Both the position numbers and the translations under genes were made by a program. A stretch of 64,000 bases of DNA, from contig JBHHYI010000001.1 of assembly GCA_046757525.1 (NCBI GenBank), positions 31,073-95,072 on the forward strand. The letters run 5' to 3'. Below are positions 56,242 through 64,000 of this stretch, in pieces (within the stretch, counting starts at the first letter, position 1; every line of letters starts with the position of its first letter). Source of the DNA: a bacterium. GTDB taxonomy: Bacteria; Zhuqueibacterota; Zhuqueibacteria; Oceanimicrobiales; Oceanimicrobiaceae. The notes beneath the pieces are model-generated. The model did no database searches. It had not been told where the DNA came from and worked only from the letters and a program-made list of their open reading frames with translations.

Positions 56242-57831
56242 ATGTCGAAAGTCTCTGAGCGCAAAAAAATATTTACTACCGATTCCGGCATTAAAGTCAA
56301 AGCTGTCTACGACGAGGCAGATGTCGCAGACTCCAAGGGTCTGCTGGGCTTTCCTGGAGCGTATCCCTTCACTCGCGGGATTTATTCCAATATGTATCGC
56401 GGCCGATTTTGGAGCATGCGGCAATATGGCGGTTTTGGTACGGCAAAGGAAACCAACCAAAGATTCAAGTATTTGCTGGATAACGGACAAACGGGCCTGT
56501 CGGTCGCCTTTGATCTGCCTACCCAAATGGGTTTCGATTCGGACTCCCCGCTGGCAGAAGGCGAAGTGGGGAAGGCAGGCGTGGCGATCGATAGCCTCAG
56601 GGACATGGAGATTCTGTTCCAGGATATACCGCTGGAGAAAATAACCACGTCCATGACCATCAACGCTACTGCTGCCATTCTTCTGGCCCTTTATGTGGCC
56701 ATCGCCAGGAAGCAGGGTGCAGATTTGAAACGAATCAGCGGCACGATTCAAAATGACATTCTCAAAGAATACATCGCTCGCTCGACTTACATTTATCCGC
56801 CGGAGCCCTCGATGCGAATCGTGACCGACATTTTTGAGTATTGCAAAGACCACCTGCCGCGCTGGAACACGATCTCCATAAGCGGCTACCACATCCGCGA
56901 GGCTGGTGCCAATGCCATCCAGGAGTTGGCGTTTACCTTTGCCAATGCCATCGCCTACATTGAGGCGGCCCTGAAGCGCGGTTTGAATGTGGATGAATTT
57001 GGCGGTCGGTTGTCCTATTTCTTTGCCTGTCATAACAATTTTTTTGAAGAAATTGCCAAATTCCGGGCGGCGCGTCGTATTTATGCAACCATTATGAAGG
57101 AAAGATTCAACGCTGCCAGGCCGAAGACCCTGATGCTGCGGTTCCATACGCAAACAGGTGGGTCCACCTTGACCGCGCAACAACCGGATAACAACATCAT
57201 TCGGGTGGCGTTGCAGGCCCTCGCCGCTGTTTTGGGCGGCACGCAGTCGTTGCACACCAACTCCAAAGACGAAGCGCTGGCGCTCCCGACCGAGGAGGCC
57301 GTACGCATCGCCTTGCGAACCCAGCAAATCATCGCTCATGAATCGGGCGTGGCCGACACCGTCGATCCGCTGGGGGGGAGCTATTTTCTGGAATCCCTGA
57401 CCCAAGAAATCGAGTCCAAAGTGTGGGGATATCTTGACCGAATCCAGAAGTTGGGAGGGGCGGTAAAAGCCATTGAAGAGCACTATTTTCAGGAGGAGAT
57501 CAGCAGAAGCGCCTACAAATATCAGAAAGAGATCGAGGCGAATGATAGAATCATCGTGGGCGTGAATGAATTTGTTCATGAAGAGAAAGAACCTCAATCA
57601 ATTTTGCGCGTCGATCCCTCGGTCCGCAGCGAACAAATAGCTGCCCTGAAAAAATTAAGAGCCGATAGAGATACTGGCAAAGTCGAGCGTTTGCTGGCAG
57701 AATTGAGAACGGCTGCGCAAGGCTCTGAAAATCTCATGCCCAAGATTCTGGCCTGTGTCGAAGGTTACGTAACCCTGGGAGAAATCTCTGACACCTTGCG
57801 AGAAGTCTTCGGCAGCTACAGCGAAAGCTGA
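56242..57831 (+). CDS. methylmalonyl-CoA mutase-family catalytic (TIM-barrel) subunit, no B12-binding domain in this ORF
   Basis: 529 aa matching the MCM large-subunit N-terminal domain ([24 protein letters not shown]). Confidence 0.85.
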   Translation: MSKVSERKKIFTTDSGIKVKAVYDEADVADSKGLLGFPGAYPFTRGIYSNMYRGRFWSMRQYGGFGTAKETNQRFKYLLDNGQTGLSVAFDLPTQMGFDSDSPLAEGEVGKAGVAIDSLRDMEILFQDIPLEKITTSMTINATAAILLALYVAIARKQGADLKRISGTIQNDILKEYIARSTYIYPPEPSMRIVTDIFEYCKDHLPRWNTISISGYHIREAGANAIQELAFTFANAIAYIEAALKRGLNVDEFGGRLSYFFACHNNFFEEIAKFRAARRIYATIMKERFNAARPKTLMLRFHTQTGGSTLTAQQPDNNIIRVALQALAAVLGGTQSLHTNSKDEALALPTEEAVRIALRTQQIIAHESGVADTVDPLGGSYFLESLTQEIESKVWGYLDRIQKLGGAVKAIEEHYFQEEISRSAYKYQKEIEANDRIIVGVNEFVHEEKEPQSILRVDPSVRSEQIAALKKLRADRDTGKVERLLAELRTAAQGSENLMPKILACVEGYVTLGEISDTLREVFGSYSES

Positions 57832-58682
57832 TGTTTGCGAACAATCACAACCGCTTCCATTCGGTTGCCCATCCGAGCACGAATGAATTTTCCGGTTTCA
57901 AAGAGGTGTTAGCAGCAAATCGCGGGACGCGACGTTTTGGCAAAAGGAGCTTTGTCTTCAACCGGTTAGGCTCCACCAACAGTTATGCAAAGCGATTGGC
58001 CGCCAAGGGTAGCGCGGAAGGTACGCTGGTAATAGCGGAAAAACAGACCCGGGGACGGGGCAGGAGGGGCCGTCGTTGGGAATCGGCACCTGGAAAAGGA
58101 TTGTGGATTTCATTGATTTTGCGTCCGGACCTCGAGGCAGACAAGGCCGGATTGCTTGCCCTTTTGGCGGGCCTTTCCGTTGCCCAGACCGTTGAAACCC
58201 ATCTAAACTTGTCTGCTGAATTAAAATGGCCTAATGATGTGTTGATTCAATCAAAGAAGTTTTGCGGGATTCTGAGCGAAGCTGAAATTTCAGCCCGACA
58301 AAGACTCGCCTGGATTGTGCTCGGAATCGGTCTCAATGTCAATCACTTGCTGGAAGACTTTTCGGACGAAATTCGTCCCAGGGCGACTTCATTGGCCATC
58401 GAATGCGGAAGCCCTGTTAGCCGCAGCGAATTGTTGCTGGCCTTTCTTGGTGTTTTGGAGGAGAACTATCTGAAACTGAAGCAGGGTGGGGCGGCTTACT
58501 TCCTCCAGCAATGGATTAGAAGATGTCCCACTTTCAAGAAGCGAATTTTGCTTCGACAAGATGAGACAGAAATGGAAGGCATCTTTGAGGATTTGGATGC
58601 CGGGGGAAGAATGCTCTTGCGTCTGGCTAATGGTGAAATCAGGCGGATTTCGGCTGGTGAAGTGATAATCCAACCCGAATAA
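57831..58682 (+). CDS. birA: biotin--[acetyl-CoA-carboxylase] ligase
   Basis: GRGRRGRRW biotin-binding motif. ATG overlaps the mutase stop (TGATG). Confidence 0.8.
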   Translation: MFANNHNRFHSVAHPSTNEFSGFKEVLAANRGTRRFGKRSFVFNRLGSTNSYAKRLAAKGSAEGTLVIAEKQTRGRGRRGRRWESAPGKGLWISLILRPDLEADKAGLLALLAGLSVAQTVETHLNLSAELKWPNDVLIQSKKFCGILSEAEISARQRLAWIVLGIGLNVNHLLEDFSDEIRPRATSLAIECGSPVSRSELLLAFLGVLEENYLKLKQGGAAYFLQQWIRRCPTFKKRILLRQDETEMEGIFEDLDAGGRMLLRLANGEIRRISAGEVIIQPE

Positions 58683-58734
58683 TTCATTCGCCGCAAAGTC
58701 GCAGAGGTGCACCGTACCAAGAATAAGAAATAGG

Positions 58735-58765
58735 AACGTTAGTGTCAGTAACACAACGTTTTTCT
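58735..58765 (+). terminator. possible terminator after birA
   Basis: aacgtt(a)gtg-tcagtaa-cacaacgtt stem with one bulge, followed by TTTCT. Confidence 0.4.
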
Positions 58766-58843
58766 ACGTAAGTTTTTTATTTGCAATCGCACAAAGGGAA
58801 TTCGTACTGAGTCCCGGCGATTTTCTAAATATTGAGGAGATTC

Positions 58844-59611
58844 ATGTTATTAGCAACCGACATCGGCAACACACACGTCACCATTGGCGTCTATTCGAAA
58901 GAGAGGTTGCTGGCCCATTGGCGCTTGTCTTCGGATACGGTTCGTACCGAAGACGAGAGCTGGATCATGCTCACCATGCTGTGCCACAGCGCCGGGTTGG
59001 ATCCTGCAAGATTAACCGGGTGCGTGGTCTCCTCTGTGGTTCCGGACTTGACCCACATCTATGCCACCATGGCCAAAAGCAATCTCGCAATTCCATGCGT
59101 GGTCATCGACGCGAACCTGGACACGGGTCTGAGAATCTTGTACAAAGATCCCATGTCCGTCGGTGCCGACCGCATTTGCAATGCGGTGGCGGGTCACCAC
59201 AAGTACGCTGGTCCATTGATCATTGTCGATTTTGGCACCGCTACCACCTTCGATGTTGTCTCGGAGGAAGCTGAATACCTGGGTGGGGTGATTTGCCCTG
59301 GCGTTGAATCGTCTTCCTACATCCTGCACCGATACGCGGCCCGGCTGCCCAAGGTGGAATTAAGATTCCCGAAAAAGTTAGTGGCCAGGACCACGGAGTC
59401 CAGTATGCAAGCGGGCATCATGTATGGCACCGTAGAAATGGTTAACGGTCTTGTGCGCAGATTGCTCCGCGAATTAGGTCGCCAGGCCACAATCATAGCC
59501 ACAGGCGGCATAGCGGATCAGTTGATCGAAAAACTCGACATGGCGCCAAAACTTGAACCTCTGTTGACTTTAGAAGGGATGCGGCTGATTTATGAGAGAG
59601 TCAAGAAGTAG
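58844..59611 (+). CDS. coaX: type III pantothenate kinase
   Basis: MLLATDIGNTHVTIGV N-terminus, preceded by a gaggag RBS. Confidence 0.85.
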   Translation: MLLATDIGNTHVTIGVYSKERLLAHWRLSSDTVRTEDESWIMLTMLCHSAGLDPARLTGCVVSSVVPDLTHIYATMAKSNLAIPCVVIDANLDTGLRILYKDPMSVGADRICNAVAGHHKYAGPLIIVDFGTATTFDVVSEEAEYLGGVICPGVESSSYILHRYAARLPKVELRFPKKLVARTTESSMQAGIMYGTVEMVNGLVRRLLRELGRQATIIATGGIADQLIEKLDMAPKLEPLLTLEGMRLIYERVKK

Positions 59612-60001
59612 TCGACAGGCAAAGCACGCCGGGAGCCGCAAAACAAGTCCGGGCTTTCGGGCCCGGCGCTGGACTTCATGAATCGAGCATCGGTCTCTTA
59701 GGTCCTAAAAATACCCGTTTCCTACCTTCCACGCTCAGAGGATTCTGGTCGTTTTCCGGCCATTCGCCTCAAATCTGTTCAAACTTGCGCGTCAGTCTTT
59801 CCTAACAAGCTTCGACCTAAGTGCTTAGTAACTCGAGGCTTGTACAACCACTTTTTCCTTTCGGCACAACCATTGCACGTGCGTTCAGGATTTATGGCTC
59901 AAATCATTTTGACACCATCACTTTGCTTCAATTCATTTAATAACCAAGGCTGAGTCATGGCCCTTCGTAAGTCAAAATCTGTTTTACAAAGAGGACGTAT
60001 T

Positions 60002-61399
60002 ATGCCGTTAAAATCGCCGAGGATTTTGATTGTCGACGACGAACCGCTCATGAGCAACATGCTCAATGAAGCCTTGAAGAAGAAAAACTATGACGTCTCG
60101 ATTGCGGACAACGGACGGGCCGCCATCGAGCTGTTAAAGAAAGTCAAGTTTGACCTGGTGATCACGGACATTTTTCTTCCCGACATCAACGGCATGGATA
60201 TACTCAAAAAGGTCAAACAACTGGACGCCAACATTGGGGTCATCATGATCACGGGGCACGGCTCTATTGAGAAAGCCGTGGAGGCTATGAAAGTTGGAGC
60301 CTATGATTTCTTGAGCAAGGGGTTTTCCATCGGCGAAATCGAAGTTACAGTTGAAAAATTTTTCAAATACCAACGGCTTTTGCAGGAGAATGAATTGCTG
60401 CGTTCCGAGTTGGGCTGCCGTTACGGGTTAGAGCGCATCATTGGCAAGAGCGACTCAATCAGAAAGGTGTTCGAGACCATTGAAATGGTGGCACCTACCA
60501 AGGCCACGGTTTTGATTCAAGGCGCCAGCGGCACTGGCAAAGAGCTCTTTGCGCGCGCGATTCACGACTGTAGCCCCCGGCGGGAGCAGGCCTTTGTAAA
60601 AACAAATTGCGCTGCGATTCCCGAAGGGTTGATTGAAAGCGAGCTTTTTGGACACGAAAAAGGGGCCTTCACCGGGGCTATACGCCGCACCAAGGGCAAG
60701 TTCGAATTGGCGGATGGCGGCAGTTTGTTGTTGGACGAGATTAGCGAGATCAGGCCCAATTTGCAGGCCAAATTGCTGCGCGTGCTGCAGGAAAGGGAAT
60801 TCGAAAAAATCGGAAATCCTGAATCGATCCAGGTCGATGTGCGCATCATTGCTACGACCAATCGCGATTTAAGAGAAGAGGTCAAGCGGGGAAATTTTCG
60901 CGAGGATCTGTTCTACCGCTTGAATGTCGTACCGATCTTTGTTCCGCCTCTGCGGGATCGCAAGGAAGACATTCCTTTGTTGGTGGATCACTTCATCGCC
61001 AAATACTCAAAAGAAAATGACCGGCGCATCGCTTGCATCGATGAGCAGGCGTTGCACGCTTTGCTGCAACATGATTGGCCAGGGAATGTTCGTGAACTCG
61101 AGAATGCCATTGAACGCGCTATCGTCATCTGTAAGAACGACACCATTTTGCCGCAACACCTTGCGGTTGGCGAGTTTTGTCGACAGGAAAGCGGCTCTAA
61201 CTCGACCTATTCTCTACCCTCTGGCAAAACATTGAAGGAAGTGGAAAGGGAACTCATCTTGAAGATCCTGGACGAACAGGGAAAAAATAGAACGCATGCA
61301 GCGCGCAAATTAGGCATCAGCGTTAGGACTCTACGAAACAAACTGCGCGAGTACAAAGGTGACGACTCCGCAAGTCGAGAGGAGCTGGTAGGAAATTAG
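60002..61399 (+). CDS. sigma-54-dependent response regulator (NtrC family: REC-AAA+-HTH)
   Basis: Receiver domain (ILIVDDEP...ITDIFLPD), GASGTGKE Walker A, GAFTGA sigma-54 contact motif and a C-terminal Fis-type HTH. Confidence 0.9.
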   Translation: MPLKSPRILIVDDEPLMSNMLNEALKKKNYDVSIADNGRAAIELLKKVKFDLVITDIFLPDINGMDILKKVKQLDANIGVIMITGHGSIEKAVEAMKVGAYDFLSKGFSIGEIEVTVEKFFKYQRLLQENELLRSELGCRYGLERIIGKSDSIRKVFETIEMVAPTKATVLIQGASGTGKELFARAIHDCSPRREQAFVKTNCAAIPEGLIESELFGHEKGAFTGAIRRTKGKFELADGGSLLLDEISEIRPNLQAKLLRVLQEREFEKIGNPESIQVDVRIIATTNRDLREEVKRGNFREDLFYRLNVVPIFVPPLRDRKEDIPLLVDHFIAKYSKENDRRIACIDEQALHALLQHDWPGNVRELENAIERAIVICKNDTILPQHLAVGEFCRQESGSNSTYSLPSGKTLKEVERELILKILDEQGKNRTHAARKLGISVRTLRNKLREYKGDDSASREELVGN

Positions 61400-61634
61400 T
61401 TTCACCCCTTAGGCAAATTCTTCCGCCAAAAACCATCCTCAGCAATAGCCAGGGCCTTCATAGCCTCTTGAGAAGCGAGTGCCGCTTCAGATCGCTTGCA
61501 ACAAGACCCGTTTCCGATCCCCAGGAATAAGTCTCATATTATTAGTCTCCTAAGCGATTAACACAGCATAACAAAAGTTGAGATTCATTACATCTGGGCT
61601 CGTTGATCTCGATACGACTTCTCCACTCAGCCTG

Positions 61635-61650
61635 TGGCATGGAAGTTGCC
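61635..61650 (+). promoter_or_regulatory. sigma-54 (-24/-12) promoter upstream of the sigma-factor gene
   Basis: TGGCATG-GAAG-TTGCC against the consensus TGGCACG-N4-TTGCW. Lies about 225 nt upstream of the ATG at 61876. Confidence 0.6.
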
Positions 61651-61875
61651 AAATCAATTCCCCAGCTAACAGCTTGGTAATCTTGAGCTGTACAACTCCT
61701 AACAAGAATGCTTAACATTTGCTATCCCATTTGAAACTAAGAGACCCTTAAACTATTGCAACCAGACTGTTCTTAGACTCAAACTGCTTACAATTTATTG
61801 CGGGGCATATTGCGTGTCTTCAACCGACTTAGACGATTCTTGGTGGTAACAAGAACTATTTAAGGAGAGATTCTT

Positions 61876-62640
61876 ATGCATGCAGCGGTACAGATGAAGC
61901 TATGGCAGGAATACCGAGCTACTCAAAAGCCGGAAACTCGAGAGGCGCTTTTAGTCCAATATTTGCCCCTGGTAAAATATGTGGCGGGCAAGATGATGTT
62001 TTCACTGCCCGCTTCCGTTGATTACAATGACTTGATCAGCGCAGGTATTATGGGGCTAATCGGTGCCCTGGAAAGATTCAATCCGGACCAGGGGGTTAAG
62101 TTTGAAACATTTGTGTTGCCTCGAATCCGGGGTGCTATTTTGGATGAATTACGTACCTTAGACTGGGCACCCAGATCCCTTCGATCAAAGGCACGCATGG
62201 TTGAACGCGCTGGTTCCCAGTTAGAAAAGGAATTGGGGCGCGCCGCCTCAGACATCGAGATCGCCGACAAACTTGACATGGACATTGGTGAATACGACTG
62301 TGTTATGCGGGACTTGAGCATGGCTTCGTTGTTATCTCTGGACGGGGGTCTGGGGGAAGAGGCCGAGAATCTTACCTCCATGTACGACCTGCTGGAAAAC
62401 ACACAGTCCGACAATCCTTACCGAGTCTTAGAGACCGATGAAATAAGAAAACTCCTAATAGCAGCCATAGAAAGCCTGAATGAGCAGGAAAAAATAGTCA
62501 TGGCTTTATATTACTATGAAGAATTGACCCTGCGCGAGATCGGCCAGGTGCTAAACATTACCGAGTCCAGAGTCTCACAAATCCACAGCAAGGCTATTGA
62601 CGGCTTGAGAAGTCTGTTAGAAAATGAAATCTTATCCTGA
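61876..62640 (+). CDS. alternative sigma factor, FliA/SigB/SigF (group 3) family
   Basis: Region 2 (ISAGIMGLIGALERF, FETFVLPRIRGAILDELR), region 3 and a region 4 HTH (LTLREIGQVLNITESRVSQIH). Confidence 0.85.
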   Translation: MHAAVQMKLWQEYRATQKPETREALLVQYLPLVKYVAGKMMFSLPASVDYNDLISAGIMGLIGALERFNPDQGVKFETFVLPRIRGAILDELRTLDWAPRSLRSKARMVERAGSQLEKELGRAASDIEIADKLDMDIGEYDCVMRDLSMASLLSLDGGLGEEAENLTSMYDLLENTQSDNPYRVLETDEIRKLLIAAIESLNEQEKIVMALYYYEELTLREIGQVLNITESRVSQIHSKAIDGLRSLLENEILS

Positions 62641-62730
62641 CCACGGAAAATGCAACGAGCAAACGGGAAAAGCAAGAAACCGAGAAGCTACCAATTTTGT
62701 TGTTCTTTGACAATTGCCAGCAAGACGGAG

Positions 62731-63150
62731 ATGATAGGCATCGGCAGGGCATGTCTCACTGAAATTGCGTCCAGCCTGGGTTTCGACAGCAGACGCATCT
62801 ATGAACTCAAATTAGCCCTGAACGAGGTCTGTGTCAACATCATAGAATATTGCTACCATTGGAACATGAATTACAAGATTCTAATCGAATTCTTTCAACA
62901 CGACGATAAGTTAGAAATAAAGGTGAAGGAATTTAGCAAGTTGATCGACTCCAACATTCACCGTGACTTGGCAAAACCAGACGAAGCTAAGCTGAATTCC
63001 AACAACCATTTCTTGGTGAATCATCTCATGGACGAGGTTTCATTTGACTATGAGGCGCCTGAAGGGGTAGAGATCAGTCTAATTAAACTGCTTGGACGCG
63101 AGAAAGAAGGAGTCATCGACAATCGGCAAACCATAGTAAATCAGAGCTGA
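62731..63150 (+). CDS. RsbW/SpoIIAB-like anti-sigma factor serine kinase (HATPase)
   Basis: ELKLALNEVCVNIIEY N-box-like motif and NHFLVNHLMDEVSF G-box-like region. Start placed at the ATG at 62731. Confidence 0.6.
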   Translation: MIGIGRACLTEIASSLGFDSRRIYELKLALNEVCVNIIEYCYHWNMNYKILIEFFQHDDKLEIKVKEFSKLIDSNIHRDLAKPDEAKLNSNNHFLVNHLMDEVSFDYEAPEGVEISLIKLLGREKEGVIDNRQTIVNQS

Positions 63151-63206
63151 TTCAGACGCTTGCAAAACAACACGGAGCTTTAGGAAACATCAAACGGAAG
63201 CGATGG

Positions 63207-63683
63207 ATGAAACTGAAGTCAAGAACAATGGCCGACGAAGATGAAAAGCTCGTGGAGAACGACGATGTTCATTTCCATGATTTCTTGAACAACTTGAGCC
63301 GCATCATCGAATTCGATGCCGGCAGTTTGTTTCTGTATGATACGGAGTCAGAAGCCCTAAAGGAAGTTGCCAACAAGGGAGAAGGCATTGATTTCATCAG
63401 TTCCGTGCACTTTCCGCTGGGCAATGGCCTGTCAGCCTGGGTGGCCCAAAAAGGCAAACTCATCTATCTCCCTGATATTCATCGGGGGAGCAGGCATGGT
63501 GAGAATCCGGTGCGGTCGTATGTGTCCATTCCTCTGGAAGTCAACAGCAAGGTGCTGGGGGTATTGAATCTGGGACATGGAATTCCACACGCCTTCAGCG
63601 ATGAAGATATTAAGAGAATAGAATGCGTCGGCAAAGAGGCCATTCGTAGGATAGTCAACCGGAAATATTTAAAATTGAATTGA
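63207..63683 (+). CDS. GAF-domain protein
   Basis: Single GAF fold of 158 aa (DAGSLFLYD...VLGVLNLGH). Confidence 0.7.
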   Translation: MKLKSRTMADEDEKLVENDDVHFHDFLNNLSRIIEFDAGSLFLYDTESEALKEVANKGEGIDFISSVHFPLGNGLSAWVAQKGKLIYLPDIHRGSRHGENPVRSYVSIPLEVNSKVLGVLNLGHGIPHAFSDEDIKRIECVGKEAIRRIVNRKYLKLN

Positions 63684-63868
63684 CTGTTATGGTTTATGAG
63701 TTACCTGGCATGGAAATTGCAAAAACTTGGAAAAATGAAAATGGTCAAAACGTGAAAATCATTTCATTCCTCAATAAAATAACAAGTTAATTTGCTTTGC
63801 TTGCATTGCGTCATGGTTCGCACGTGTCTCAATGTGAAATATAAGCCAAATAAAATGGGTGTTGGCAC

Positions 63869-64000
63869 ATGACGAATCAACACGGCTTAGGTAACTTAAT
63901 CTTGAAATTTATTGACAAAGTTCTGCTGGTTATTTCTATCCTCATAAGCATCGTTCAAATTGCTTTTAAACAAAGCAGACGGACTCATCTTGAAGGATCC
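63869..64000 (+). CDS. 5' fragment of a probable membrane protein, runs off the window
   Basis: ATG followed by 44 codons without a stop. Hydrophobic stretch VLLVISILISIVQIAF. Confidence 0.25.
   Translation, partial: MTNQHGLGNLILKFIDKVLLVISILISIVQIAFKQSRRTHLEGS

Noticed and set aside
56236-57597. 453-aa minus-strand ORF
   Set aside because: It lies entirely antisense to the well-supported methylmalonyl-CoA mutase gene and has no recognisable motifs. It is a shadow ORF typical of GC-rich coding DNA.

Overview
This 64-kb window comes from a Gram-negative bacterial chromosome, judged from the Lpt genes, TatC and outer-membrane proteins. GC content is about 52%, the region is dense with housekeeping genes, and many genes use TTG or GTG start codons.

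Genes recognised from the translations, in order: hutU (5' partial), hutI, a tandem-domain lipoprotein, a FadL/PorV-like outer-membrane barrel, a TPR protein, glyA, nrdR, tatC, dcd, a TrpH/YciV-like PHP phosphoesterase, an MBL-fold hydrolase, an HD-domain protein, RNase G/E (rng), rplU, rpmA, mdh, gatC, pyrG, lptC-like, lptA/OstA-like, lptB, rpoN, hslV, hslU, an ornithine-carbamoyltransferase-family gene (argF), a FemAB-like acyltransferase, two glycosyltransferases, a CBS protein, an FAH-family hydrolase, an S8 subtilase, an M61 peptidase, purL, a MIO-type ammonia-lyase (hutH-like), hisS, radA, tgt, yajC, def, fmt, rsmB, a PASTA-only protein, rpe, argH and argG (minus strand), an aldo/keto reductase, a cold-shock protein, a xerD-like recombinase, a methylmalonyl-CoA-mutase catalytic domain, birA, coaX, an NtrC-family sigma-54 activator, a FliA/SigB-type sigma factor, an RsbW-like anti-sigma kinase and a GAF protein.

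No tRNA, rRNA, CRISPR array or IS transposase was recognised.

Main points worth a second look:
- Two families of structured intergenic repeats share GTCATYYCGAG-type terminal inverted repeats. One family shows compensatory base substitutions between its copies.
- A degenerate Ras-like pseudo-GTPase domain is fused in frame to the N-terminus of LptB.
- A low-GC (about 41%) argH-argG segment sits directly beside one repeat copy, and its argH is C-terminally short.
- A PASTA-only sensor protein occupies the PrkC position of the conserved def-fmt-rsmB-(prkC)-rpe neighbourhood.
- A regulatory cassette carries an NtrC-like activator, a near-perfect sigma-54 promoter, an alternative sigma factor, an RsbW-like kinase and a GAF protein but no STAS partner. 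This resembles an Rrp2-RpoN-RpoS-type cascade.
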